Assembly: GCA_038247415.1 (NCBI GenBank)
Contig: JBBRUX010000004.1
Span: 1 to 64,000 of the forward strand
Origin: Chitinivibrionales bacterium
GTDB lineage: Bacteria > Fibrobacterota > Chitinivibrionia > Chitinivibrionales > WJKA01
Direction: 5' to 3'
DNA length: 64,000 nucleotides
This document shows positions 57,401-64,000 of the stretch, piece after piece; within the stretch, counting starts at the first letter, position 1; each line of letters begins with the position of its first letter. Both the position numbers and the translations under genes were made by a program. Under the pieces are notes generated by a model. The model searched no databases. It worked only from the letters and a program-made list of their open reading frames with translations, and was not told the origin of the DNA.

Positions 57401-60126
57401 AGCTAACAGCCGGAACACCGATTACTCTTGTTCCGAAAATTTTTGATAGCAAAGGTATGTGGCTTGGCGATTCCACTGCATTATTTACTATTGTGGAACT
57501 AACCGGTTCTACTGCAAGCGGAACACTTTCATCGGCATCGGGAGCATTGGTTACGTTTACACCTCTCAAGGCATACCAAACGCTTTACATCATCGCTCGT
57601 CGTACGAGCGGAAGCATCGTGCTCTCGGATACGGTGTATTGCACAATTAACGCCGGGGCACAACATCATTTAACTATCGAAGCCGACCCCAACTGGCAAT
57701 CGCACCCCAACACCGACAATCGTACTGGTACTATTATTATTACCAATATCGATACGCTCGCAAAAGTGTATGCAATAGTTCGTGACTCGCTTGGGAACTT
57801 TGTAAAGTACTCAGATCCTACAACATGGACAGTTCTCGATACCTCGGTCATTAAAACAACAAAGGGGGTAGAAGCAATTGGCGAAGGAGTCATTCAAAAA
57901 ACGCATCCATCTCTCGACTCGATGCAAACCATTATTATTGCAACCGATCGGACAAATCCGTTGCTCTTAGACACGCTTACCGTGATCGTACTCAATATTC
58001 ACTTTAAGGAATTGCGTATTGTTAACAATCAGGGCACCGTATTACAGTCCCTTACAATGTCAACCAATAATGATACCACTCTGCATGTTGAAGGTTTGCG
58101 TTCTGATAATGACAAGTGGGTATCGGTACGCTCGTATTGGAGAATATCAACTAATTTGCCTGTGGCCCCACTACCACCGCAATTCGATAGTAAATACACC
58201 TTCTCCCCCACCCGTCCAGATTCCCTTAATGGTTATATTGTTGTTACGCTTGAAAATGATTCCACTATTCCTGATACCTTACCGGTCAGATTTACCATAG
58301 GTGCGCCGATAACCTTTGAAATTGAAATTCTTACTCCCGTGGCTGAGCGACTTGCTGGTGTTCCACTACAAACAGTAATACGCCTTAAAAATAAAGACGG
58401 CCTAGTTCCTGGAAGCTATTGTGGAGCTGTAACGTACTCTGATATTCTTGGTTCTGGCGGGCTGGATAGCGTTGGAACCATAACAGTAGATGGGGTCGTT
58501 TCTAAACTTGGGACATCCCCAGTTAACCAGTGTCTCTTAAACGGTACCGATACCGTTAGTATTACCTTATATTACGCGCCGCTTATCAAAACTCCCGATA
58601 GCTTGCATGCAATTTCGGCTTCGATAGGATCGCTTGTCACCACAACCGAAAAATTCCCCTTGCTTGCAGCTGATTTATCGTCGATACATATTGTCAAGGA
58701 CAATAGATCATCCAACCTTGCCGACACAACGCTACGTGCTCCATCCGAGAACCTCTTTATCTTTTCGGTTGGATATGATCGCTTTGGCAACCGTTTGGGG
58801 GATGTCGATGGAAACTGGGCCATTATCGAAGGCAATGGCGGTAATCTGCATCCACTTCAATTGCCTGATAAAACCAACAGACTGTACTACACAACATCGG
58901 GCGTGCTGTATGATGAGCATGGTTGCATAGTAGTAACATCATCGGAAAATGGAGCAATCAAGGATACGATATGCCTCATCATTATTCCTCCGCCAGCGCG
59001 ATTTGCCCAAGCAGTAACTCGCGATGCAAACGGAAATGGATATCTCGACCAAATTGCGCTAACATTTACAAAAGAAGTTACGATTTCATCGTACGATCTT
59101 TCACAAATTAGTATTGTGTCGGGATCAACACTCTTTGAAGTCGATAGTATCGTTGCCGTTAACGGGCCTCGTACACAACATTATATTCTCTATCTCAAAG
59201 AAAATAAAACAGCTCTCATGCAAACAGCATGGACACCTACAATTCTCATGCGCGATGTTCCTGATGCAGACTCCTTGATTGAGGATACGACGACCGATGG
59301 CGCAGGCCCTGTAATTGTGAGTGTGGTGCGAGAAATTACCGATTTGTCTGACCTGACAAAAGACATTATTACCATTACGCTTTCCGAACCCATAACAGGC
59401 GGAAACGGCAATGAATTCAAGATTACAAATGCACCGCAAGCAGTATTCAATGTTTGGAAACTTGACTCAGCGGGTGTTTATGTACCCATGGACGATATTC
59501 TTGATTCGATTCCGGGATTCCTTATTATACGTCAAAAAGATGTACTGAGGTTTGTTGTCGAAAATGGAAAAAACATCAGCTCGCTGTACTATTTCTCGCT
59601 CAAAGTCGATTCGACTGTACTGGCTGATAACAGTTCTCTTGTTGATGCAAAACTCAATCATCCAGAATTTGTTAACCGTAAAGTGCAAGTATTTGTTCAA
59701 CCGATTCGTGCTAAGGAGATGAAAATAGGTCCAAATCCTGCTGTTCCTAACATCAACGGCCCCCTATTCAGCGTCAAGTATGAACCTAATGCTAAAACGT
59801 GGGCATCAACTGTAGGGGGAACTGTCCTTTCGTTTCAACTCTTTATGAAACCCGGGCAAAAGGTCGACAACGTCAATGGCAATCTTCAGATATACGATCT
59901 TGGCGGTAATCTTGTAGTCTTTGCCGAAAAGCGCAATATGTTTGCCGATTTGCCCGAAGACTTTCTCGACGGTGGCGTACATGAGTATAATATTTATTGG
60001 GATGGTCTTAATGCACGTCGCATGAAAGTTGCCCCAGGAGTATATCATGCTGTACTCACTCTCGACTACATTGGTTCCTCGGTACTAGACAAAAAGATTA
60101 TCGGGTCGGTAGGAATTTCCCGGTAA
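51484..60126 (+). CDS. Giant secreted fibro-slime (PA14-like) domain protein with tandem Ig-like repeats and a FlgD-Ig/CTD-like C-terminus (~2880 aa)
   Basis: Signal peptide, HNFAYTMELH...SGDDDVWVFINGKLAIDLGGVH...FFYAERH, ~330-aa repeats, DANGNGYLD and IYDLGGNLV...WDGLN...VAPGVY. An AGGAG RBS precedes the ATG at 51484. Confidence 0.92.
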   Translation: MKTSTPVRHLWLAVLLTAFAFPLLAQGYLLPETLWVKVNFYDYHANGSNPNFERCNSAATGMIQDTLDKDRKPVFLANKACNNYIDKWYRPSKFTSSNEFAFDMVSESWKWTNLIASTIDNRGLVTTGWQNAPQDSMTNINFYDSLPFILPRTHQDSATGTYVFNRTSSNPKPAEKQFFWLDGKGFGTEPAGSGHNFAYTMELHHEFTYKGGEFFNFSGDDDVWVFINGKLAIDLGGVHGSQSASLNLDNEAAKFGLVKNRKYMFDFFYAERHTSQANCLITTNILTPTKPNNIIITNDSTPPDPKNPPPRNVDTCITAGQCLPLYAWVVDDTLGLRRDWGTLVQWELVDTMGNRDTIRPIGNFNTFCPTKANGITKIYLTFSDPKFPDITLTDSVLVCVTPDVASHMVIEGTKDGSLHNDNPLDSITIPSTSATALVYAVIRDRFGNFINQSKATTWQVINGTDTVSVANGNQTLGQGILTKKGPTGTAKVSGTASAYVGALFTDTIKVRVAQTQYDSLRISVGLGAQRSRIDSLVIKMTRDTILYVEGKRKDGLGWELISASWSLNALTATTTPPASATTWNFKPAAMGLGAIIVTSGSITYSLKTRVLAGGANSLALYPKTGTPGAANGNTPYAGIPVSYTYPAGTQIPLYAKIFDLYATWLLEYETDGTKAPLFSWQALDSATHTPIDASIGSFSATLGSSTLFTPTKSLKTVDIIATMTEGNIITRDTIRIRIRAGVGNHIVIEASPDSLSSPNRDNRITSVELLATDTTRKVYGVVRDAYGNYVGPADSALWFSRDTLVATAQVGPLSSKGEGVVRRKADASATTWLVVTSRTFTDSVPIIVSDISYTGLRLVVNKNGLQDVDTVIVRTDLDTTLLALGRRSDNGSWVNVAVTWSSSGLTLIPTAPALADRYLFRPTTTGSGKIRITKGNTSDSVVVIVKDGLPARVALYPRAGSPSGTNTSYPPVTSPITLAAGDSIILFAKIFDKNSVWLAAYERSNVPITWSLAQVSGTGSGTLKSTTGNTTVFRPISSSTIVDVIATFSENGITLTAAVRIQVVAGIAHHLVIESSPNGSVSPHADNPLASVTIGSLDTSAIIYAVLRDKFQNFVSASPATTFSSTNATAAIVNNGVASLGEGIIVRRALTGTTMIIASNINNPALRDTVTVNLSQVLYDSLRIAVNQNGIRPIDLLKIRTDQDTVLYAIGKRTDNGLWDAVVVRWSAAGITTIPGIPTNQVSSFAFAPAARGNGTITITAAGRSGTFISSTIPVQMLTGLPKALVLYPLPGAPNVSGNFPYPASTITDTMTAGLTRLFAAKIFDHNTIWIDTLEKSTAPISFRIIEVTGNPPTGILAPTSGSSSIFSPTRAFNTVLVVATYASQGITLSDSVRITIFASTPTHMVLEGSSDPTRSPNADNPLYDVTLTSRDTAALVYAILRDKFGNFAGYTPSVIWSSVDTNVARAYPGVSDIGEGRIVRKAITGETMVIAQNRDNPLMIDTVIVRLASITYGGLRIVTNQGTLKDLDTLVLRIDQDTTLLALGLRSDNNQWDNIRVTWSISGVTASPHPPVGDNKWKLTPVTLGTGTLTAQASGTSGILSDIIVVIFQNGRPKTLSLYPHTGTPDVNNNTPYPPVTSIDTIRAGDIDTLNAKVFDKNGTWLSAYERSTAPISWRIEEVAGSGSTGTLSTASGNVSIFMPTRAYNTVYAIGEYREFGTVIADTVKFFIMPTTPTHVVLEASSNVMVSPNADNPAGSITLGTKDTVGSVYAVYRDRFNNFVEYVNQATWRMSDSTFVSVAPGITAVGEGRITRKSAGGGNTSVIVQSLLYPNMLDTVTVLLATITYDSLRILDSKGTPISVLDMRTDRDTTLYVQGKRSDNGKWEPIPASWETSGGLLVKPAAPRGVDAWNFTPSDTGSGFIRVTLGNEKITIPKSIAVHFIQGVSAGLALYPQPGKPSATNNAYPPSNTTLELTAGTPITLVPKIFDSKGMWLGDSTALFTIVELTGSTASGTLSSASGALVTFTPLKAYQTLYIIARRTSGSIVLSDTVYCTINAGAQHHLTIEADPNWQSHPNTDNRTGTIIITNIDTLAKVYAIVRDSLGNFVKYSDPTTWTVLDTSVIKTTKGVEAIGEGVIQKTHPSLDSMQTIIIATDRTNPLLLDTLTVIVLNIHFKELRIVNNQGTVLQSLTMSTNNDTTLHVEGLRSDNDKWVSVRSYWRISTNLPVAPLPPQFDSKYTFSPTRPDSLNGYIVVTLENDSTIPDTLPVRFTIGAPITFEIEILTPVAERLAGVPLQTVIRLKNKDGLVPGSYCGAVTYSDILGSGGLDSVGTITVDGVVSKLGTSPVNQCLLNGTDTVSITLYYAPLIKTPDSLHAISASIGSLVTTTEKFPLLAADLSSIHIVKDNRSSNLADTTLRAPSENLFIFSVGYDRFGNRLGDVDGNWAIIEGNGGNLHPLQLPDKTNRLYYTTSGVLYDEHGCIVVTSSENGAIKDTICLIIIPPPARFAQAVTRDANGNGYLDQIALTFTKEVTISSYDLSQISIVSGSTLFEVDSIVAVNGPRTQHYILYLKENKTALMQTAWTPTILMRDVPDADSLIEDTTTDGAGPVIVSVVREITDLSDLTKDIITITLSEPITGGNGNEFKITNAPQAVFNVWKLDSAGVYVPMDDILDSIPGFLIIRQKDVLRFVVENGKNISSLYYFSLKVDSTVLADNSSLVDAKLNHPEFVNRKVQVFVQPIRAKEMKIGPNPAVPNINGPLFSVKYEPNAKTWASTVGGTVLSFQLFMKPGQKVDNVNGNLQIYDLGGNLVVFAEKRNMFADLPEDFLDGGVHEYNIYWDGLNARRMKVAPGVYHAVLTLDYIGSSVLDKKIIGSVGISR
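52702..58290 (+). repeat. Five complete and one partial ~1-kb coding repeats within the fibro-slime gene
   Basis: The Hx[VT][IL]E motif starts at 52702, 53716, 54691, 55693, 56689 and 57667 (spacings 975-1014 nt). Confidence 0.85.
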
Positions 60127-60148
60127 AAATGCTTCTTCTGCGTCTTGA

Positions 60149-60184
60149 AACACGAGCACCAGAGACCTCTCTGGTGCTCGTGTT
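60149..60184 (+). terminator. Long perfect hairpin after the fibro-slime gene
   Basis: AACACGAGCACCAGAGA-CC-TCTCTGGTGCTCGTGTT, a 17-bp perfect inverted repeat followed by T-rich sequence. Confidence 0.75.
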
Positions 60185-60254
60185 GTATTTTGTAGATAAT
60201 GAATTATAATTATGTAGAAACAAATACGCACCCAACCTTAGCATACGAGACGCA

Positions 60255-61016
60255 ATGAACTTCAAGGCTCCAGAAAACACCGTTTTCGGCTTAAATGCCG
60301 TCAAAGAACTACTGACCACGCGGCTCAAAGACATTGATAAACTTTATTTCGATGCAGATAGACAATCATCTGCCCTTTTTGAGCTCGTTAAAGAGTGTAG
60401 ATCGCTGCGATTATCGTATCAGATGGTGCCTACCCAAAAGCTTAACGACCTTACGAACCGATCCAATCACCAAGGGATTGTTGCCCTCGTCAACGAAAAG
60501 TCATTCGTCGAAATAGAAGATATTCATAAAATTATTGCAGAATCCGATCGATTACCGTTGCTTGTGATACCGGCATCGGTCGAGGATCCCCGTAATTTAG
60601 GGGCAATCATCCGCTCTTGTGTGGCTTTTGGAGTACACGCACTGCTGCTTGAACGCCGCAATACTGCACCGCTTGGGGGCGGCGTTGCCAAAACTTCTGC
60701 AGGGGCGGTTGAACATATTGCAATCGCCAAACCGCGCAATTTGGAGGGGATAGTTCGCGATTTTAAAACAGCGGGATATAGTATTGTTGGAGCCGATATA
60801 AAAGGCACCGCTACCCCGGCAACAACATCTTTTTGTCAACCAACTATTCTTATTTTGGGTGGCGAAGATGTAGGGATTCCACCTTATCTTAGTAAGCTCT
60901 GCGACAGCATAGTCTCAATACCCATGCTACCTGATGCTCAATCGTTGAATGTGTCGGTTGCGGCCGGCATACTTCTGTATGAGTGTATGAGACAACGAAC
61001 CATTCTGGCGCCCTAA
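60255..61016 (+). CDS. rlmB: TrmH/SpoU-family RNA methyltransferase (RlmB-like)
   Basis: NHQGIVA, EDPRNLGAIIRS, KTSAGA, GGEDVGI and SLNVSVAAGILLYE. Confidence 0.9.
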   Translation: MNFKAPENTVFGLNAVKELLTTRLKDIDKLYFDADRQSSALFELVKECRSLRLSYQMVPTQKLNDLTNRSNHQGIVALVNEKSFVEIEDIHKIIAESDRLPLLVIPASVEDPRNLGAIIRSCVAFGVHALLLERRNTAPLGGGVAKTSAGAVEHIAIAKPRNLEGIVRDFKTAGYSIVGADIKGTATPATTSFCQPTILILGGEDVGIPPYLSKLCDSIVSIPMLPDAQSLNVSVAAGILLYECMRQRTILAP

Positions 61017-62356
61017 ACTTTGGACTCTTGATCGGGAGTGCCAAAGAGAGAATCGAGGGATCGAGCAATATCATCACCCGACATCATCCCATTATCATCT
61101 GCTTGGGACAATTCTGCCTCTTTCTGAGGCACCCTTATTTTTGCAACAAGGGGCAACTCTTGTCGCGGAGATTCGGCTACCTTAGAGATTTTTGGTAACG
61201 CCGTGGCAACTGCCAAGTGGTCGGGAACAACATATGGTTTTTGCGCAGACTGTAAATTTTTGCCCTCAATATCCGCCTCAATTGAAGGGCCATGCCCAAG
61301 CATCGACCGGCTAATAGATACTGTATTTGACTGGGAAATCAAGTTTTCGAGATCTACAAATGCTTGCTGACCATGCGATTTGAGAAGAATTTCTGCAGCA
61401 TCTGCCTGCTTAAAAAACGGAACCTCGAAAGTAACCTCATCCGTTTCATCCGCACTAGAAGCGCGCCCAGAGTGTTGCTCTAGATCCCTATTCTGCTGCT
61501 GCAAAGGTCCGACAGGAAGTGCTTCGGTTTCTTTTAAACGAGTATTCTCTAAAGGCGCCGCAGATTTCACAGGCTCCGTGTTCATGGATGAAACCATGGT
61601 CAGTGATATTGACGAAATGGATGATCGAGGGGGAGGTACTTTTAGAGGTTTAGGTTCATCGATGATTGGCTCACTACCCACTTCTGCCTTAATAGCCACG
61701 ACCTCTTGACGTGGCAGGGGCGCGACATCAAAAAAAGCTTCATCGTTTGCTGTTTCTGAATTAGATGCTTCGAGATCAAACTCATCAACCTCTAAAGAAA
61801 CGGATTCTTCTGGCTCGCTAGTCCCTGGCTCTGCTTGCGAGAGATTATCCAATGAGTCATTCTCTTTGTGCAAAATTTCTTCTTGTAAACAAGCTTTCTG
61901 TAAGACAGGTGGAATACTGCTCGTAGATAGCACGACAGTATTTTTAGAAGTCTTTACTGCGATTTCGGGTTGTTGTACAGAAAGAGAAGCAGGCGCGTCG
62001 TGCTCGAGCCGGGTATGGTCACAAACCAGTAAACAGTACGCGATTGCTTTTTCGAAATAGCGAATCTGATAAGGAGTTAGATTGTCGGCTAGTAAGCCAA
62101 GCTCAATCTGCATGCGCTCGCATAGTTTTGCAAGCTCGATAGCCGGCCCGTTTGATGCCATGGTAGAAGCATTGCATGTAGCAATAAGCCCAAGCGCTTG
62201 ACCATCCAGAGAAATAAGATTCTGGAGAAGTTCGCTTATGCGGTTTTTCTTACGTTTGTCGGTATAAGAATACCCAAAAAAGAAAGCAACCCATAAAAGA
62301 GTTACCAATCCACCGCCAGCAAACACGCCCGTAACAAGAAATAATAATGGATTCAT
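61013..62356 (-). CDS. Hypothetical membrane-anchored protein with a long acidic low-complexity region
   Basis: N-terminal TM, a helical segment, an E/P/S-rich tail and C-terminal SGDDIARSLDSLFG. Confidence 0.7.
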   Translation of the reverse strand: MNPLLFLVTGVFAGGGLVTLLWVAFFFGYSYTDKRKKNRISELLQNLISLDGQALGLIATCNASTMASNGPAIELAKLCERMQIELGLLADNLTPYQIRYFEKAIAYCLLVCDHTRLEHDAPASLSVQQPEIAVKTSKNTVVLSTSSIPPVLQKACLQEEILHKENDSLDNLSQAEPGTSEPEESVSLEVDEFDLEASNSETANDEAFFDVAPLPRQEVVAIKAEVGSEPIIDEPKPLKVPPPRSSISSISLTMVSSMNTEPVKSAAPLENTRLKETEALPVGPLQQQNRDLEQHSGRASSADETDEVTFEVPFFKQADAAEILLKSHGQQAFVDLENLISQSNTVSISRSMLGHGPSIEADIEGKNLQSAQKPYVVPDHLAVATALPKISKVAESPRQELPLVAKIRVPQKEAELSQADDNGMMSGDDIARSLDSLFGTPDQESKV

Positions 62357-62410
62357 AAAAAATTCCTTACGCTTAAATTGATTTACATAAACGATGCAAC
62401 CGCATGATGT

Positions 62411-64000
62411 TTATTTTTTCTGCAAAGCAGCAGAATATAGTTTACTATATGACTCTGCAGCATTTTCCCATGAATTCTGATATTCGGAATTAAGTGCCCC
62501 TTTAACCATACTCATATAATCGTTATTATGTGCGCGTACCTGGGCGCATGTCATCAGTGCACTTTGTGTGGCCTGCACAATCGAACTAAACAAGGGGCTT
62601 TGCATTCGCGCAGAGGGAGCAAGCGAAAGCATTTCTCGCCAGGCACCACCGCTTGCTTCGAGAGGAAACTCCTCCCGGTACACTATGCCATTTGCAGCGT
62701 CTACGCTCTTACCATTATGAGTTGCAGTTTCGGACCCTATCGCAATTATCTGATCTCGTAACCCTCCAGCCGCGCGCGCGCACACCGGAGTTCCCGCGTT
62801 AAATGCTTCGGAAACTGATCCGTAAGGTTCGAAAAACGAAGGCATGAGCATAAAATGAGAGCCGCTTAAAATGGTCATGTATTCTCGTCGGGTTATTCGA
62901 AATGGCCAGATAACACAATCCCCAGAAAGCTCTTTGGTGCATTCTATAAAAAAGGCGCAGCGCTTATCGATACTCGGATCAAATCCTGAAGAGGGACAGA
63001 AAAAGAGCTGGACTGTTCCCCGTGGAATTGCTTTGAGAGCATGAAAAATTGTATCAAAACCTTTTTGCATAAGATCAAAACGTCCTGCCATAAAGAGCAG
63101 GGGCGCATGCAGTGTGTGTTCCGATAGCGAGCCGATACTGCGAGGATCTTTTTTATCTGCAATAAGTTTACGCGCTGTAATGAGTGCCGACTCCTTCGCA
63201 ACAGTCAATAGATCCCTATCAGCTACGAGTTCCTTGAAAATCGAATGCTTACCCGAAGAAAACGAACCATGCGGTATACCTACTATATCCCGATTCTGCA
63301 AAGCCTTTTGCAAATGGGGAATAAACACCGTTTGCTGGAGCGGATCGTGAAGTAATTCGTGAGCAAACGTTTTGCTTACCGTAGAGAGTGGCCCTGTAAA
63401 AAAGGGGAGCGATGCAGCTAGAACGGTATCTTGCGTGGGTGGCGTATCGAAATAAAAGGTTCGTTCTGCCAAAGGCAATCCACTATCAAAGGAATTATGC
63501 AACGTTAATACGCTTCCACATCTATGAAGCCTGCCTCGCTGGGCAGCTTGTTGAGCAAAAATTGCGGCAGGAGCCGTTTCCCAATCATGGCAATGAAAAA
63601 CTACCGGGTCTTGCTCCTGCATATCGACAAGACACTGCACTGCAGCTGCAGAAAATACTAACGCATCACGCAAAAGCAATGCTGGGTTACGATACGCATA
63701 AGGATTTTCCTTTGCCGTAAAGCAGCCATCACAGGCTACGTAAATCCATGGAAATGGAGACTCTTTATCGATAAAACTTGTATATCTCCCACAAAACGAT
63801 CCACTCTTAAAAGTACGCCCAACCGTTTGAACCGAAAATCTTCCACCCCTGTGTGCGCTTACCAGGGCGCTATGCGCGTGGTGAAAAGGAGTGAGTGCAA
63901 TCACCCGCTCTCCAAATGCGACCATTGCTCCTGGAAGAAATTGCGTTACAGTCCCAAGCCCACCTGCTGAGACTATAGGATTTTCAAAATAGAGATGCGC
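62411..64000 (-). CDS. glgA: Glycogen/starch synthase-like glycosyltransferase (GT5); 5' end lies outside the window
   Basis: The frame is open to 64000 (AHLYFENPIVSAGGLGTV...). Motifs include FHCHDWET, TLHN, TVS, GRFDLMQKGFD, MPSFFEPYG and GGLRD. Confidence 0.75.
   Translation of the reverse strand, partial: AHLYFENPIVSAGGLGTVTQFLPGAMVAFGERVIALTPFHHAHSALVSAHRGGRFSVQTVGRTFKSGSFCGRYTSFIDKESPFPWIYVACDGCFTAKENPYAYRNPALLLRDALVFSAAAVQCLVDMQEQDPVVFHCHDWETAPAAIFAQQAAQRGRLHRCGSVLTLHNSFDSGLPLAERTFYFDTPPTQDTVLAASLPFFTGPLSTVSKTFAHELLHDPLQQTVFIPHLQKALQNRDIVGIPHGSFSSGKHSIFKELVADRDLLTVAKESALITARKLIADKKDPRSIGSLSEHTLHAPLLFMAGRFDLMQKGFDTIFHALKAIPRGTVQLFFCPSSGFDPSIDKRCAFFIECTKELSGDCVIWPFRITRREYMTILSGSHFMLMPSFFEPYGSVSEAFNAGTPVCARAAGGLRDQIIAIGSETATHNGKSVDAANGIVYREEFPLEASGGAWREMLSLAPSARMQSPLFSSIVQATQSALMTCAQVRAHNNDYMSMVKGALNSEYQNSWENAAESYSKLYSAALQKK

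Noticed and set aside
1..64000. CRISPR arrays, tRNA/rRNA genes, and the many short antisense or alternate-frame ORFs
   Set aside because: No repeat-spacer periodicity or RNA-gene signature was recognised by eye. The short ORFs shadow well-supported genes and lack motifs.

Overview
A bacterial chromosomal window, most likely from Fibrobacterota (Chitinivibrionia/Chitinispirillia-like). That assignment is inferred from a giant fibro-slime protein and CTD-like C-terminal tails. In order it contains: (1) a minus-strand flagellar cluster (motE-like, fliK, flgD, flgE, flbD, fliL, fliM, fliY) behind a sigma54 promoter; (2) accessory genes (hybrid kinase, DUF2975/XRE pair, Vat/CatB-type acetyltransferase, SDR, secreted Ig-like protein); (3) hemL and a CHASE4 kinase/REC-HATPase pair; (4) a ~13 kb, 12-gene operon for sulfate assimilation plus siroheme synthesis; (5) GH42/AraC, a porin, a 7TM kinase, mntP, a FapA gene split by one in-frame TGA, priA, galT and adk; (6) a 2880-aa fibro-slime repeat protein, rlmB and a partial glycogen synthase. 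The most striking element is the sulfur operon. It encodes a single 1115-aa protein fusing a siroheme sulfite reductase to a GltD/DsrL-like NAD(P)H flavoprotein and a 2x[4Fe-4S] ferredoxin. It also has a HemC lacking its cofactor-binding domain 3 fused to CobA-HemD, a CysN with a degenerate kinase domain, a predicted outer-membrane barrel between cysD and cysN, and an HPr-like gene without His15 at its head. No rRNA, tRNA, CRISPR array or transposase was recognised. All family assignments come from motif recognition by eye, not database searches.
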